From positions 69,231-133,230 of the IMG/VR virus record IMGVR_UViG_3300040801_004519: a stretch of DNA of 64,000 nucleotides; one strand, written 5' to 3'. A program made the position numbers and the translations under genes. Under the pieces are notes generated by a model. That model saw only the letters and a list, made by a program, of their open reading frames with translations, was not told the origin of the DNA and searched no databases. The stretch is from a virus. Its lineage: Duplodnaviria > Heunggongvirae > Uroviricota > Caudoviricetes. Of the stretch, positions 49,138 to 58,888 are shown piece after piece. Position 1 is the stretch's first letter. Every line of letters begins with the position of its first letter.

Positions 49138-49473
49138 ATGGAAGAATATGAAAAATCTTACAAGAGCAAGGACGGTCGGCATGAAGTGCATGTCTCGCTC
49201 CCCGAAAGCAATCAAGATAACGAAATCAATTTAGCGATTTGGTCTTGTGGAAATCGTTCAAGCAGCGGAATCTTTTTTCGAGTAAAGATGATCTTCCAAA
49301 TTCTACTCAGGGGCCATTGCTATGAAGACCTCGTAAATCTTGAACCTCTGGAAGCAAAGAGACTATCAAATACTCTTTCTGAACTTGCAGAAGTTGCCGA
49401 TTTTAGAAGACAGACGGTAGAAGATAGAATTCGAGATCATGAAGAAAATATAAGAAACCTGAAGGATGAATAA
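49138..49473 (+). CDS. hypothetical protein
   Basis: 111-aa ORF, last gene of the + block. Confidence 0.4.
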   Translation: MEEYEKSYKSKDGRHEVHVSLPESNQDNEINLAIWSCGNRSSSGIFFRVKMIFQILLRGHCYEDLVNLEPLEAKRLSNTLSELAEVADFRRQTVEDRIRDHEENIRNLKDE

Positions 49474-49514
49474 CAACAAGAGAGGCGTGCCAGGGGCACG
49501 CCTCTCTTGTTGTT
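49472..49514. terminator. bidirectional rho-independent terminator (perfect 19-bp stem)
   Basis: AACAACAAGAGAGGCGTGC-CAGGG-GCACGCCTCTCTTGTTGTT, exactly between the convergent + and - blocks. Confidence 0.7.
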
Positions 49515-49528
49515 TGACATAGTGTTAA

Positions 49529-49879
49529 TTATTTCTTAGCTCTAGAGCATCCACAGCCTTTCTTCTTTTTTGTGCTTGCAGAACCAAGCCTGACACCAGA
49601 CTGATTTGCCTGTTTTGTTCCGATTGGCTTGGACGCTTTTGGCGATGTACCGCCCTCAATAAAGCTTTTCCCAAACGGACACTCAAAGTCTACCTCGTTG
49701 TTGGGTAACACATAGAGTGAAGATTGAGACTTCCTCCACTCTCTACCTCCAACCCGATCTCTACATGTGTTGCAATGTGCTTCACTTCTACAGTGAAAGC
49801 TTCTAATGAATTCAGGTTTCTGTTTTGGCTCGCTCATAGAGTTATCTTTCTCATTTATTCTCTTCTTCTCCTTCAGCAA
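49529..49879 (-). CDS. small basic Cys-rich protein
   Basis: 116 aa; CRSEAHCNTC ... FECPFG ... GCGC; overlaps the 3' end of the giant gene by 29 nt. Confidence 0.35.
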   Translation of the reverse strand: MLKEKKRINEKDNSMSEPKQKPEFIRSFHCRSEAHCNTCRDRVGGREWRKSQSSLYVLPNNEVDFECPFGKSFIEGGTSPKASKPIGTKQANQSGVRLGSASTKKKKGCGCSRAKK

Positions 49880-52800
49880 GGAGAGCTTCTATATCATCGG
49901 CATTCCGCATCATCTTTGCCAAAAGTTTAGGTGATGACCCGTTCCATATGCCACTGTTGACCCTGCCGTTATTATCAACATAGAAGAACCTGACTTTGCC
50001 ATCTCCAATTATTGTGGCACTCGGATTTGAGGGGCTAATAGACATCCTAAAATCCATGATAAAGTCTTCTGGATACGGCATTCTTATCGAGCCATCTTTT
50101 GGAAGGCTTTCTATGTCTCCAGCTATGAAGATAGGAGTGCTTCCCTTCTCGCTGTTCAAGTATTCAGCCATTGTTGGAGAGCCGACGACCCCGCTAGGAA
50201 TGTATTTCATAAACAAGAGTGAATCATCTGATACGTAGAATACAAATGTTTCATCTGTCTTGTCGTCATAGACGACATCTGCTAATCCACTTCCCTTGAT
50301 ACCTATTCCAGTTTTCCATGTGAAGCCACCATCCATGCTATAGAAGTGCTCGATAGTTGCAGAGGTTCTGCTTAACGGCTCCTCTTCGTCGCCTTTTGCC
50401 CGCCCGCAGCGACCATCAAGCTCTTCATGTTCAATTTCATGCTTTTCTTCATCGAAGATATCAGGCTGACTCTCGGATATTGTTCCAATAGCATCCCCAT
50501 TACACATGCTACAGTTCATCCTAAAGATACCATTGGGAGGACAAACGTCATGGCATCCATCAGCCTTCTTGAAAAGAGTCCATTTGTGTTCTCGACTAGC
50601 AAGAATCCAGTAGTCTCTTTCCTTGTATAAAGTCCACTTTTCTTTATCCTTTGCTTTCCACACTGCATAACCAGCATATTTATCGCGATCTTCGAACTCT
50701 GGATTTCCGTCTCTATCTTCACCCACCTTAACTGGAACCTGCCCTGGTTCAAGCCCTTCAAGCTCAAAAGCTCCTGAAAATGTAGAGCATGGACATCTTT
50801 CATCAATGATGCCAGACACATTCAAAGTTATATCTTTAATGTCACAATATTCCGTTAACTCGTCGTCTCTATCTCTTATGGGCTGACCCTTGGGCGTAAA
50901 TTCATCGATGTTCTCGCCTGTATACCGCAGAGGGTCAAAATTAGGATGAGAAGCTCCCCCGCTACCTCTTGAGCCTCGCTTCCAAACTCTAACAATACCT
51001 TTCTGATCAACATAAGAATGTATTGCTTGACCCGATTCAAAACCAAGGGATTCTCCATTATAACCAGTTCCATCTGGGTTCATTCCTATATATCTAGGAA
51101 CTAGTGTTGGCTCTTTATACGATGATCTTTCTCTAGTAGCGAGAACTTCATCATGCTCTATTTCTCCAGCAATTACATATGAAGAAGTCATTCTCAGATC
51201 AATACCATCTTGGCTGAACTGTTCAAGATGATAATCATTTGGTTCATCAGGTTTGAAGTACTGAGGTCTTTCATACTTTACAAATGCATCGAGTGATATG
51301 AGCTTATTTGTGTCAATTCGTTTCACGCATGTTGATACAAAATTTCCTCTGTCTCCTGATTCCTCTGAAGAAAGCTCTCCTCTGATGTTTACACCATGAG
51401 TTCTTTTGAAGTACAATATAATACTGTTACTTTTGTAATCAGGAATAGCTAACGGCGACGTAAGGTTTTCCCAATTTACTGTTCGTACGATAGATTTATG
51501 GTCTTCCCATGTTTTCCCTAAATCGCGGGAGACCAAAACGCTTATGTCTGAATTCTTTTGATAACATACATCTGAAACACTGGACTCTTCGAGCATTGTG
51601 TTTTCAAAATACTTTGGTTTATTGCATGACCTAAAACCCTCAGTTGGCAGCCAACAATGCTGTGTATCTATTTGAGCACTATCCCAGTGTGATCCATAAA
51701 ATAGCACATATTCTGTACCATCCAAGTCCGTCATAATAACCTCTACGGTCCACCTTCCCTCTTCCTCGATTACCGAAACTTCAACAGGAAGCAGAAGCAT
51801 TACTGGTTTTTCACAGTTATAATCACAAGCAACAGCACTTACCCTTATCGCGGTTTGTCCTGTCCACTTGGTAGAGTCGTCACAGTCTCTGATAACGCAA
51901 ATAGGACCAAGAGTTCTTGTATCAAAAACAAGCTTGCCCTGTGGATCATCCAACTCTTCGTCATCTTCTTCGCTCTTTACCTTATCTTCAGTTTGACATC
52001 CGTGACAGTATCGAGCATACTTGCCTTCTGTAATGATGTTCGAAAGGTCAATGGTGAAGTGATCATGTCTTCTAGTCCCGACATCTTTGCAATTGAAGTT
52101 GTATAGTTCTCTGTCACCACAACCTATGCTGCTGCTGCTTTCAGAACTAAAGCTGCTGCAAGACTGCGAGCTTTGGTCACTAAATCCTCCACTGGATTCA
52201 TCCGAAGTCAGACCGTCGCTAAGGCCACCACTTGTTTCTGGGTCAGTGCTGAAGCCGCCGCTGCTGTCGTCGCCGTCGCCAGTGCCTCCACCGCCACCGC
52301 CGCCTCCTCCACCACCGCCGCCACCGCCGCCACCGCCCCCTCCACCCTTGTTGTGGACAGCAATGCCTCCTGCGAAGAAAGTATTGTCTCCGTCAACGGT
52401 AAGATTAAACACCGTAGCCTCCTCAGCTTCCTCAACAGACAAGATCATGGTTGGAATGAGGTCTGCATCAAACCGGTATACTATTGTTTCTGGTACAAGG
52501 TACTTAGCCTTGGTATATCCGTGATCTGTTAAAAACGGGTGATCAGGAGAAACTTGAAGAGTCTCGTTGCTTGTTTGTATTTTTATTGTAGAAGATGAAA
52601 GTTTTGAAAATGTCTTAGAAACCTTTCCCTTACTTACCTTCCCTTCCTCATTGTGGGTGTAGACTTCATCGCCAACCCGGATTTTTTCAATATCAACATC
52701 TCCATTGAGGGTTGAGACTTTTGTTTTAGCGACGAAACAACCTCCACCTCCACCCCCACCGCCACCACCGCCGCCTCCCCCTCCACCTTTATTGTGGACA

Positions 52801-55598
52801 GCAACTTTGTTTACGAAATAGGTATTTGGCTCTTCTACCGTGAGATTGTAAACCGTATGGCACTTTCCATATCTTCTACTTCCGACAACGAAATCTTCAA
52901 CAAGCTCTCCGTTTTCATAAGTCCATATACTATCTCCAGGGATCAGCCTTTTTGCTGACTTAAATTCACCATCTCCAATGTAAAATGGGTGGTGTGCCGT
53001 CGTTTTGATTGTTGTTGATCCAGTTTCAATTACATAATGACCCATTGACAAGTGTTCGATAACTTCCTTAACTTGGGAGTTTATCATTGAACCGTCGTTA
53101 TTAAATGAAATTACAGAGTTTCTTCTATCTATCTGGCTAATTGGCCATTGTCTTCCATCCTCCAGTGTTACTAACGAATCTCCCGTAAAACAGCCTCCAT
53201 CTTTATTGTGGACCGCAGTTCCGTTTGCAATGAATGTTTTGTTTGGGCCAACAGTTAAGTTGTAAACGACGACCCACTCTTCAGGAAACTCTTCTTCGAT
53301 CTGATCAATCTTTGCTGGAACAAGTTTTTCGTCATGATACCGGAAGATTGTATCCCCAGCCTCAAGAAGCTCTGCTGCACGGTATTTCCCGCTTCCCATG
53401 TAGAATGGATGCTCTCCAGTCGTTGTTATTTTTTCACCATCAACGTGGAGTATAACCAACGAATCAACTGCCGTTGAATATGTATTGGTTACTTCGCCTT
53501 CGCAGATATTGCCATCAGGATCAAACGAAACAACCTTGCTTCCAGCAGCAAGGGACTCGATAGGTGCGTATTTTCCGTTTGCAAGTAAGACTGGGGTGCC
53601 AGAGATGAAGCAGCCCGATGAGTCTCCACTATCAGAACCAGACGGACAAACCACCTTACATGGGTCACGATCAGGGCAATCCCGTTCCTCATCTGACTGG
53701 CTTGAATTACTTGATATCAGACCATCATCATCATCGTCGTCAGGAATAGTTGACAGGCTACTATCACTGCTGCTACTAGACCAGCATTCGTCATCGGCAA
53801 TCCTGTACTCTTCATCAGCGTAAAAAACAAGAAGTCTTCCCTGAGCGTCAAACGTCACAGAATAATCCCTTGCTCCAAAAGCATACTTGATGTAGTCTTT
53901 TGGCTCCATGACGATAGCTTTAGCAGTTGCTATTTTCGGTGGTTTTACCACCTTGCCATCTTTATTTATCCATTCTCCCCCAATCTCAATTCTGAAGGGT
54001 GAAACTCGATTCACTTCGATTTTTAGTTCACCATCATTCTTTCCCTTGTTAACTGGGACATTATCTAAGACCCACTCGCTCGCCTCGTTGTTCTTTGTCC
54101 ACGAAGCTCTTGCATCGCAAATATCCTTTTCCCCACGGAATTTAAAGTGAAGCACGGCCTTTTCAGCCCCAAGCTCGTTGTCATCAGTTGTTGTGAACTT
54201 AAGAAATCTAATGAACTTGTTCTGTAGATCATCTCCACCTAAGCTCTGTATTCCATCTTCTTCTGAAATTTCCAGAGTTATCTCGTCATATATCTCATCA
54301 GGGTCTGCAAGGCCATGTTCTATCATCGCGCCATCAACCATGATCGTTTTTCCATTTTCGTATCCTGGTTGACTGGCGATTCTTTGAATACCTGAAACCG
54401 TCAAACTTCGGTCTTCTATTGAGTCTAGTGCGTATGGCAAGTGCCCGGCATGTGGGATATCCACCATAGAATTTAACGATGCAGCAAGTCTTGTCTCCTC
54501 AAGATGGTTAAAGAAAACGAGATTTGAGTTCCCTCTTCTTCTCCAAGATTTCGCGAACTCCAGAGGAAGAGATGGCTCATCGCCATCAGTGAAGGAAAAG
54601 GTGTTAATGCGGAATTGGTCAGTCACCGCGTTTGCCGCTGATCCTACAATTCTCCTACACGACGAGCAGCCAGAACTTACTCTCCCCAACCCTTCTACAA
54701 GCCTTGGTGGTTCCTCACTTGATTCCGATCCGATTTCTTCTGCGCGAAGATCAGGGTTAACGTATCCACGCATATCGTGAAAGTCTCTATTGCATGCTTT
54801 CCACGTAATGCCGAGTCTTCTGAATCTAGCAGCCGCGCCTCGTTCTTCAGCAGTTTCTCCTGAATAATTTGTTCCTGAACCAAAGCAATTGTTCTCAATT
54901 GGTAGGTTCATCGCAAATATTGTATGAACAAGCTTACCTTTGCCTGCGAACTTGTCACATTGATCCTTATCAGTAAACTCTACAGCGACTCGAAGAAACG
55001 CCTTGCTGAACACTCTGCTGTTCTGCTTTTCTCCTGGTGCTCCCGTAGGTTCTATTCTGTAATCGTAGTTTGGTCCACATGTGGCCCTTACTGCACCACC
55101 GTGAATAATTATCTCGATGTAAGCAGCACTGGGTTTTCGAGGTGGCTCTCCACTTTTGCTCTTCATGCACATGCATGTGTCGCCTTCATAAAAGCACCCC
55201 TCGTCAAGCTCTGGAAGATATGCTTCTCTAGTGTAACCACCTTCTACCTTGATTGATGCCGCCCAACGGCAAAAGGGTACCCTTACATCGTCTCCGTCGC
55301 CTTGCAAGTCAGTGCATGACATAAACTTGTTTCCACCATCAGTCCTTCGAAGCGTGTATTTCCCTCCAATATCAACCTTGTCAATATTTACCACGCCCGA
55401 TCCGCCTGATCCACAAGACGGGACACATAAATCTACACCACGCCCGACTGCTTTTTCCGCGTACACTTCAAAAAAGGATGGAACACAGTCTAGACAGTGA
55501 AAACACGGAGTATTATCATGACAATCACCACATGGCTGGTCTAAGTCTCTTAGCCAGCTTTCACAATCTGAAGGTCTAGATGGAATTCGTTTCGCCAC
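49851..55598 (-). CDS. giant (1915 aa) Cys-rich protein with four tandem Hint (intein/Hedgehog-like) domains separated by poly-Gly linkers
   Basis: Single uninterrupted ORF. Four repeats each start G-C-F-x-x-G/K-T (CFISGTPVLL, CFTGDSLVTL, CFVAKTKVST, and a fourth), carry an intein block-B-like T-x-x-H (TTTGEHPFY, TTAHHPFY, VSPDHPFL) and end in block-G-like AVHNK (TAVHNKDGG, VAVHNKGGGG, IAVHNKGGGG). The +1 residue after HN is Lys/Gly, not Cys/Ser/Thr. Poly-Gly runs of 16 and 21 residues, a poly-Asp run, and N- and C-terminal Cys-rich regions. Confidence 0.7.
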   Translation of the reverse strand: MAKRIPSRPSDCESWLRDLDQPCGDCHDNTPCFHCLDCVPSFFEVYAEKAVGRGVDLCVPSCGSGGSGVVNIDKVDIGGKYTLRRTDGGNKFMSCTDLQGDGDDVRVPFCRWAASIKVEGGYTREAYLPELDEGCFYEGDTCMCMKSKSGEPPRKPSAAYIEIIIHGGAVRATCGPNYDYRIEPTGAPGEKQNSRVFSKAFLRVAVEFTDKDQCDKFAGKGKLVHTIFAMNLPIENNCFGSGTNYSGETAEERGAAARFRRLGITWKACNRDFHDMRGYVNPDLRAEEIGSESSEEPPRLVEGLGRVSSGCSSCRRIVGSAANAVTDQFRINTFSFTDGDEPSLPLEFAKSWRRRGNSNLVFFNHLEETRLAASLNSMVDIPHAGHLPYALDSIEDRSLTVSGIQRIASQPGYENGKTIMVDGAMIEHGLADPDEIYDEITLEISEEDGIQSLGGDDLQNKFIRFLKFTTTDDNELGAEKAVLHFKFRGEKDICDARASWTKNNEASEWVLDNVPVNKGKNDGELKIEVNRVSPFRIEIGGEWINKDGKVVKPPKIATAKAIVMEPKDYIKYAFGARDYSVTFDAQGRLLVFYADEEYRIADDECWSSSSSDSSLSTIPDDDDDDGLISSNSSQSDEERDCPDRDPCKVVCPSGSDSGDSSGCFISGTPVLLANGKYAPIESLAAGSKVVSFDPDGNICEGEVTNTYSTAVDSLVILHVDGEKITTTGEHPFYMGSGKYRAAELLEAGDTIFRYHDEKLVPAKIDQIEEEFPEEWVVVYNLTVGPNKTFIANGTAVHNKDGGCFTGDSLVTLEDGRQWPISQIDRRNSVISFNNDGSMINSQVKEVIEHLSMGHYVIETGSTTIKTTAHHPFYIGDGEFKSAKRLIPGDSIWTYENGELVEDFVVGSRRYGKCHTVYNLTVEEPNTYFVNKVAVHNKGGGGGGGGGGGGGGGGCFVAKTKVSTLNGDVDIEKIRVGDEVYTHNEEGKVSKGKVSKTFSKLSSSTIKIQTSNETLQVSPDHPFLTDHGYTKAKYLVPETIVYRFDADLIPTMILSVEEAEEATVFNLTVDGDNTFFAGGIAVHNKGGGGGGGGGGGGGGGGGGGGGTGDGDDSSGGFSTDPETSGGLSDGLTSDESSGGFSDQSSQSCSSFSSESSSSIGCGDRELYNFNCKDVGTRRHDHFTIDLSNIITEGKYARYCHGCQTEDKVKSEEDDEELDDPQGKLVFDTRTLGPICVIRDCDDSTKWTGQTAIRVSAVACDYNCEKPVMLLLPVEVSVIEEEGRWTVEVIMTDLDGTEYVLFYGSHWDSAQIDTQHCWLPTEGFRSCNKPKYFENTMLEESSVSDVCYQKNSDISVLVSRDLGKTWEDHKSIVRTVNWENLTSPLAIPDYKSNSIILYFKRTHGVNIRGELSSEESGDRGNFVSTCVKRIDTNKLISLDAFVKYERPQYFKPDEPNDYHLEQFSQDGIDLRMTSSYVIAGEIEHDEVLATRERSSYKEPTLVPRYIGMNPDGTGYNGESLGFESGQAIHSYVDQKGIVRVWKRGSRGSGGASHPNFDPLRYTGENIDEFTPKGQPIRDRDDELTEYCDIKDITLNVSGIIDERCPCSTFSGAFELEGLEPGQVPVKVGEDRDGNPEFEDRDKYAGYAVWKAKDKEKWTLYKERDYWILASREHKWTLFKKADGCHDVCPPNGIFRMNCSMCNGDAIGTISESQPDIFDEEKHEIEHEELDGRCGRAKGDEEEPLSRTSATIEHFYSMDGGFTWKTGIGIKGSGLADVVYDDKTDETFVFYVSDDSLLFMKYIPSGVVGSPTMAEYLNSEKGSTPIFIAGDIESLPKDGSIRMPYPEDFIMDFRMSISPSNPSATIIGDGKVRFFYVDNNGRVNSGIWNGSSPKLLAKMMRNADDIEALLAEGEEENK
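52285..52347 (-). repeat. GGN-codon simple repeat encoding a 21-residue poly-Gly linker
   Basis: CCNCC repeats on the + strand; coding low complexity inside the giant gene. Confidence 0.8.
52741..52788 (-). repeat. GGN-codon simple repeat encoding a 16-residue poly-Gly linker
   Basis: as above. Confidence 0.8.
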
Positions 55599-55627
55599 AG
55601 TCTATTTATCGGCTTCGAAGCTCATCG

Positions 55628-55915
55628 TTATTCATCAAGCTCTTCACCGTTTTTGAAGGTATCAACTATATGAAGTTCTGATTCTTTACCGATAATAGTT
55701 GCGCGGACAAGAAGTACCTTTACATCTGGACGCATAGATTGAAGAACATCATCTTTTTTAAAAGCAAAATAGTTTCTTGCTCTTTCTTCGCTCTGCCACT
55801 TAGTAGCATTTGATCGCATCCAGTTTTTTGCAATAGGATTGTACCTCGCCGTCTCGACTCGATAAAGCTCTTTGTTTGTTTCAACAGACGAATCAATGGT
55901 TTCTTCACTTTCCAT
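55628..55915 (-). CDS. hypothetical protein
   Basis: 95-aa ORF immediately upstream of the giant gene. Confidence 0.35.
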   Translation of the reverse strand: MESEETIDSSVETNKELYRVETARYNPIAKNWMRSNATKWQSEERARNYFAFKKDDVLQSMRPDVKVLLVRATIIGKESELHIVDTFKNGEELDE

Positions 55916-55918
55916 ATT

Positions 55919-56857
55919 CTATCTATCGTTTTCTTTAAGCCAGTTCTTCAAATGAGGAAGCTGCTTGGGCCATACATAGTTGAGAAGATACTCGTCTCCT
56001 GTTTCACTTGATGCATAGTCTCTTAAAACAGAGTGAACGTGGTCTCTATAGCTCGGGTCATCCTGCCCTCCGAATCTGGAAACAAATGAATCAAAGAAAT
56101 TTTGACCATCAAATTCATCGTTCGGCATTGTTTGACGATTCTTCACGTTTGGCCTACCTGAATCTCTTTGGATTTCCATATCATTCGTCATCTTTAAGAA
56201 TTCGTTACGGCTAATTCTTTGATGCTTGTCATCATACCGTCTAACTTGATCTGGCCCTGTGTTAGTTACCCAAAAGGCTGATATCATATTAGGGTTTAGG
56301 TGTCCCGTAAATAGGGCTTGAAATTCCCTCGAAGCCATAAGAGAGTCTGCCAGTTCCGGCCTATCTGATTCCTGCACAGTAGGCCATGAGTAAGGCCCCT
56401 CTTCTGAAGCCTTTTCCCTGGCCTTAAGCCTGGCTTTCTCTCGATCTTCTGGGGCACCGAAGCTTTGAGGCATTTCCCCCTGTACGGTATAACCTCCTCC
56501 TGGCCACACTGGTGCCTCAAGCTCGCTCACTCGTGCGTTAAACTCCATGATGACACCAAGGCCCACTGCTCCAGCGAACTCTTTAGCAGTCTCTAGATCG
56601 GTGCTAACGAATAGTCCCACTGGATTATTATTGGCCTCGTAGCTATATGTTCTGCCAATTCGATCCTGACCTGATATCCCATGACGTGCTGCAACCACGG
56701 CATCCTGCTGATCGCGGAAGCCGTGGTAAAGTCGAATAATGTCATTATCTCTTAGAGGCTCTTCTTTATCAGGAAGTACCGGTGATGAGACATCCCCATT
56801 CTGCCTCCGAGTTTTCATGACCCGCCTTGCAGCTAATTTAGTCCATATAGTTTTCAC
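55919..56857 (-). CDS. hypothetical protein
   Basis: 312-aa ORF; weak R...STD...E spacing reminiscent of ADP-ribosyltransferases, but unsupported. Confidence 0.4.
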   Translation of the reverse strand: MKTIWTKLAARRVMKTRRQNGDVSSPVLPDKEEPLRDNDIIRLYHGFRDQQDAVVAARHGISGQDRIGRTYSYEANNNPVGLFVSTDLETAKEFAGAVGLGVIMEFNARVSELEAPVWPGGGYTVQGEMPQSFGAPEDREKARLKAREKASEEGPYSWPTVQESDRPELADSLMASREFQALFTGHLNPNMISAFWVTNTGPDQVRRYDDKHQRISRNEFLKMTNDMEIQRDSGRPNVKNRQTMPNDEFDGQNFFDSFVSRFGGQDDPSYRDHVHSVLRDYASSETGDEYLLNYVWPKQLPHLKNWLKENDR

Positions 56858-56897
56858 TCATGTATAGTTCGACTCTTTCAGGACATTGCCTTTTTCT

Positions 56898-57137
56898 CTA
56901 GTCTTTCTGTCTTAAATCATCAATTTCATCTTCAAGGTATTCAATTTCAGACCTCAAATCATCATTTTCTTCTCTTAGATAATCAATTTCATCTTGATCA
57001 TATTCACTGACAAAAGGAATCTTTTCGAGTTCGTATATGAAATCTTTAACGTTGCTAACTTTACAGACAGGGATAAGTCGGCTATCTACTATATTATCGC
57101 CGCTAATGCTAAATGGTGGGTAGTACTTATAGGTCAT
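56898..57137 (-). CDS. small acidic coiled-coil protein
   Basis: DEIDYLREENDDLRSEIEYLEDEIDDLRQKD. Confidence 0.3.
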   Translation of the reverse strand: MTYKYYPPFSISGDNIVDSRLIPVCKVSNVKDFIYELEKIPFVSEYDQDEIDYLREENDDLRSEIEYLEDEIDDLRQKD

Positions 57138-57150
57138 GTCTTACTCGATT

Positions 57151-57432
57151 CTATTCTTTGGTCTCATTAGAAAGTCTATGGCACGCTTTTGCGAGCCTTT
57201 CACAACGTTCAATTGTTTGTTCGTACTTTTCAGCTTGGTTTTTCCAAGCTGCTGATTGGCTGCTGAAAAGATTGTTAGCTGAGGTCATATATCCTTCGAG
57301 GGGAACGCGGCCATCAGGCAAGGCTTCGCCAACCGGTGCTGTTTGCCGTACGTCACCGTAATGGTTAATCCAATATCTTTGACCAGCTTTGATTTGTACT
57401 CCATCGCCTGTCTGATGCTTTATTTCGTTCAT
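57151..57432 (-). CDS. hypothetical protein
   Basis: 93-aa ORF. Confidence 0.35.
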   Translation of the reverse strand: MNEIKHQTGDGVQIKAGQRYWINHYGDVRQTAPVGEALPDGRVPLEGYMTSANNLFSSQSAAWKNQAEKYEQTIERCERLAKACHRLSNETKE

Positions 57433-57478
57433 GGTGTCCCTGTTGTCTTAAACCTATATCGACAAATCCAGAAAATTC

Positions 57479-58156
57479 TCATGATCGATTCACGAATTTT
57501 GAATCAAGAATTGAGAAATCAATTTCATACTCTGAAACACAATCTCCGAGGTCGAAAAGTGCCAAATTATTTCCCCTCCAACCAATATTTCCGGGATGTG
57601 CATCTTGACAATCAAACCCGCTGTCCTTTAGATTTTCTAAAAATTCCAAGTACTTTATTCCGAAGCAAAGCTCATTACCGTCCAGATCATCAAGAATGTC
57701 TACCCTTTCATCATCGTTTTCATTGAATATCTTGTCTGCGATATTTTCATCCTGGAGGGACAAGGATACAAGCCTTTTATTTATGATCATCCAAACATCG
57801 TTTGTTAGCTCTGATACTGAATAGATCGGAACTATGAATGGGTGGCTGTGGTTTATAAGCATAGCAGCCGTTGCTGCTTCTTCTTCGCTGTACGTTATTT
57901 TCACTACCCTATGATCGGGTAAGACATACGCAATACCATTTGCACCGCATCCTATGAATTCTAAATTGTGAAAGGGGATTTTGATTCCTTTTAGTCTCTG
58001 ATTCAGATGGATAAACGTTCCGCATATCGGTGGGACTTGCGGATATTTTGTTGCATTTGGCAAATGAAAACCATTTGATTTTTCTTCAACCCACCTTTTA
58101 TAGAATTGATTCATTCTTGAGACCCTTTGCGCCACAAATATGGCATCGGGAATCAA
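57479..58156 (-). CDS. protein-kinase-like fold protein (small-molecule or LPS kinase-like)
   Basis: Gly-rich loop IGCGANGIAYV, catalytic-loop-like DAHPGNIGW and DLGDC (DFG-like). Confidence 0.45.
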   Translation of the reverse strand: MIPDAIFVAQRVSRMNQFYKRWVEEKSNGFHLPNATKYPQVPPICGTFIHLNQRLKGIKIPFHNLEFIGCGANGIAYVLPDHRVVKITYSEEEAATAAMLINHSHPFIVPIYSVSELTNDVWMIINKRLVSLSLQDENIADKIFNENDDERVDILDDLDGNELCFGIKYLEFLENLKDSGFDCQDAHPGNIGWRGNNLALFDLGDCVSEYEIDFSILDSKFVNRS

Positions 58157-58180
58157 GGTGTTATTTCTTTAAGGATTCAC

Positions 58181-58888
58181 TCATATTCGGCTTAGAATCA
58201 TTAGTGATGCTGGAGACTGTATTCCCTCCGCAATTGATTCTACTTCGAAATCAGCAGATGCTAATTGGGCCAGCTTTCTGAGGGAGTTTGGTGAAAAGTA
58301 GTGTATATGACCGTCAAAATGCTTGGTGACCCTGCGTCTCGTTGGAACTTCTATAAAAACCTTATTCCTAGAGATTGAACAACACTTTCTCAAAAATTCA
58401 TGAACGTTGTCAACATGCTCAAGCACATGCCAAGCGAACACATGGTCAAATAATTCTCCTTCTATATCAGTTTCAAGGAAGTCAGTTTGAAGTGTTTCAA
58501 AACCAAGTCTCTCAGACTCTTCTACAAGTCTCTGATCTAGCTCAAGGCATGTAACAGACTCAACATCATTGATAACTTCTCGCGCGAATGTTCCTGCTCC
58601 AGAACCTATGTCCAAGCATTTGTCGTTGTCGCGAAGGAATTTCAATACCGCCTTGCGTCGTTTGTTGACTATGTTCGACCTTGCATCGTGAAAGGCTTGA
58701 GAAACTTTCCCTGCTGAGCTAAATTCCCTTTTTACTCTCTGCGATGTCGAAAGATTTCTATATTGCTCAGCGTGAAATTTAGATGCATCTCCATTGAAAG
58801 GGCGATACGTGTGACTGCAAGCATGGCAAAAGAATGATGATCTTTCCTTTGGAGTGGTTTTATCATGACAAATTGGACAAAGCATCAT
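58181..58888 (-). CDS. class I SAM-dependent methyltransferase with N-terminal zinc ribbon
   Basis: CPICHD...CHACSH zinc ribbon; CLDIGSGAGTF motif I; acidic motif II LELDQRL. Confidence 0.65.
   Translation of the reverse strand: MMLCPICHDKTTPKERSSFFCHACSHTYRPFNGDASKFHAEQYRNLSTSQRVKREFSSAGKVSQAFHDARSNIVNKRRKAVLKFLRDNDKCLDIGSGAGTFAREVINDVESVTCLELDQRLVEESERLGFETLQTDFLETDIEGELFDHVFAWHVLEHVDNVHEFLRKCCSISRNKVFIEVPTRRRVTKHFDGHIHYFSPNSLRKLAQLASADFEVESIAEGIQSPASLMILSRI

Noticed and set aside
52087-52532. + strand ORFs encoding poly-Pro/poly-Ala stretches (PPPPPP..., AAAVVAVASAS...)
   Set aside because: These are antisense shadows of the GGN poly-Gly codon repeats of the 1915-aa minus-strand gene and are not independent genes.
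52285-52788. CCNCC/GGNGG tandem repeats considered as a possible CRISPR-like or non-coding tandem array
   Set aside because: There are no repeat-spacer units. The repeats are in-frame glycine codons inside a continuous ORF. No CRISPR array was seen anywhere in the window.
55919-56857. possible ADP-ribosyltransferase (R...STD...E-F spacing) in the 312-aa minus-strand protein
   Set aside because: Only a loose resemblance to R-S-E ART motifs. There is no clear ExE or Q-x-E and no supporting context, so it is not called.
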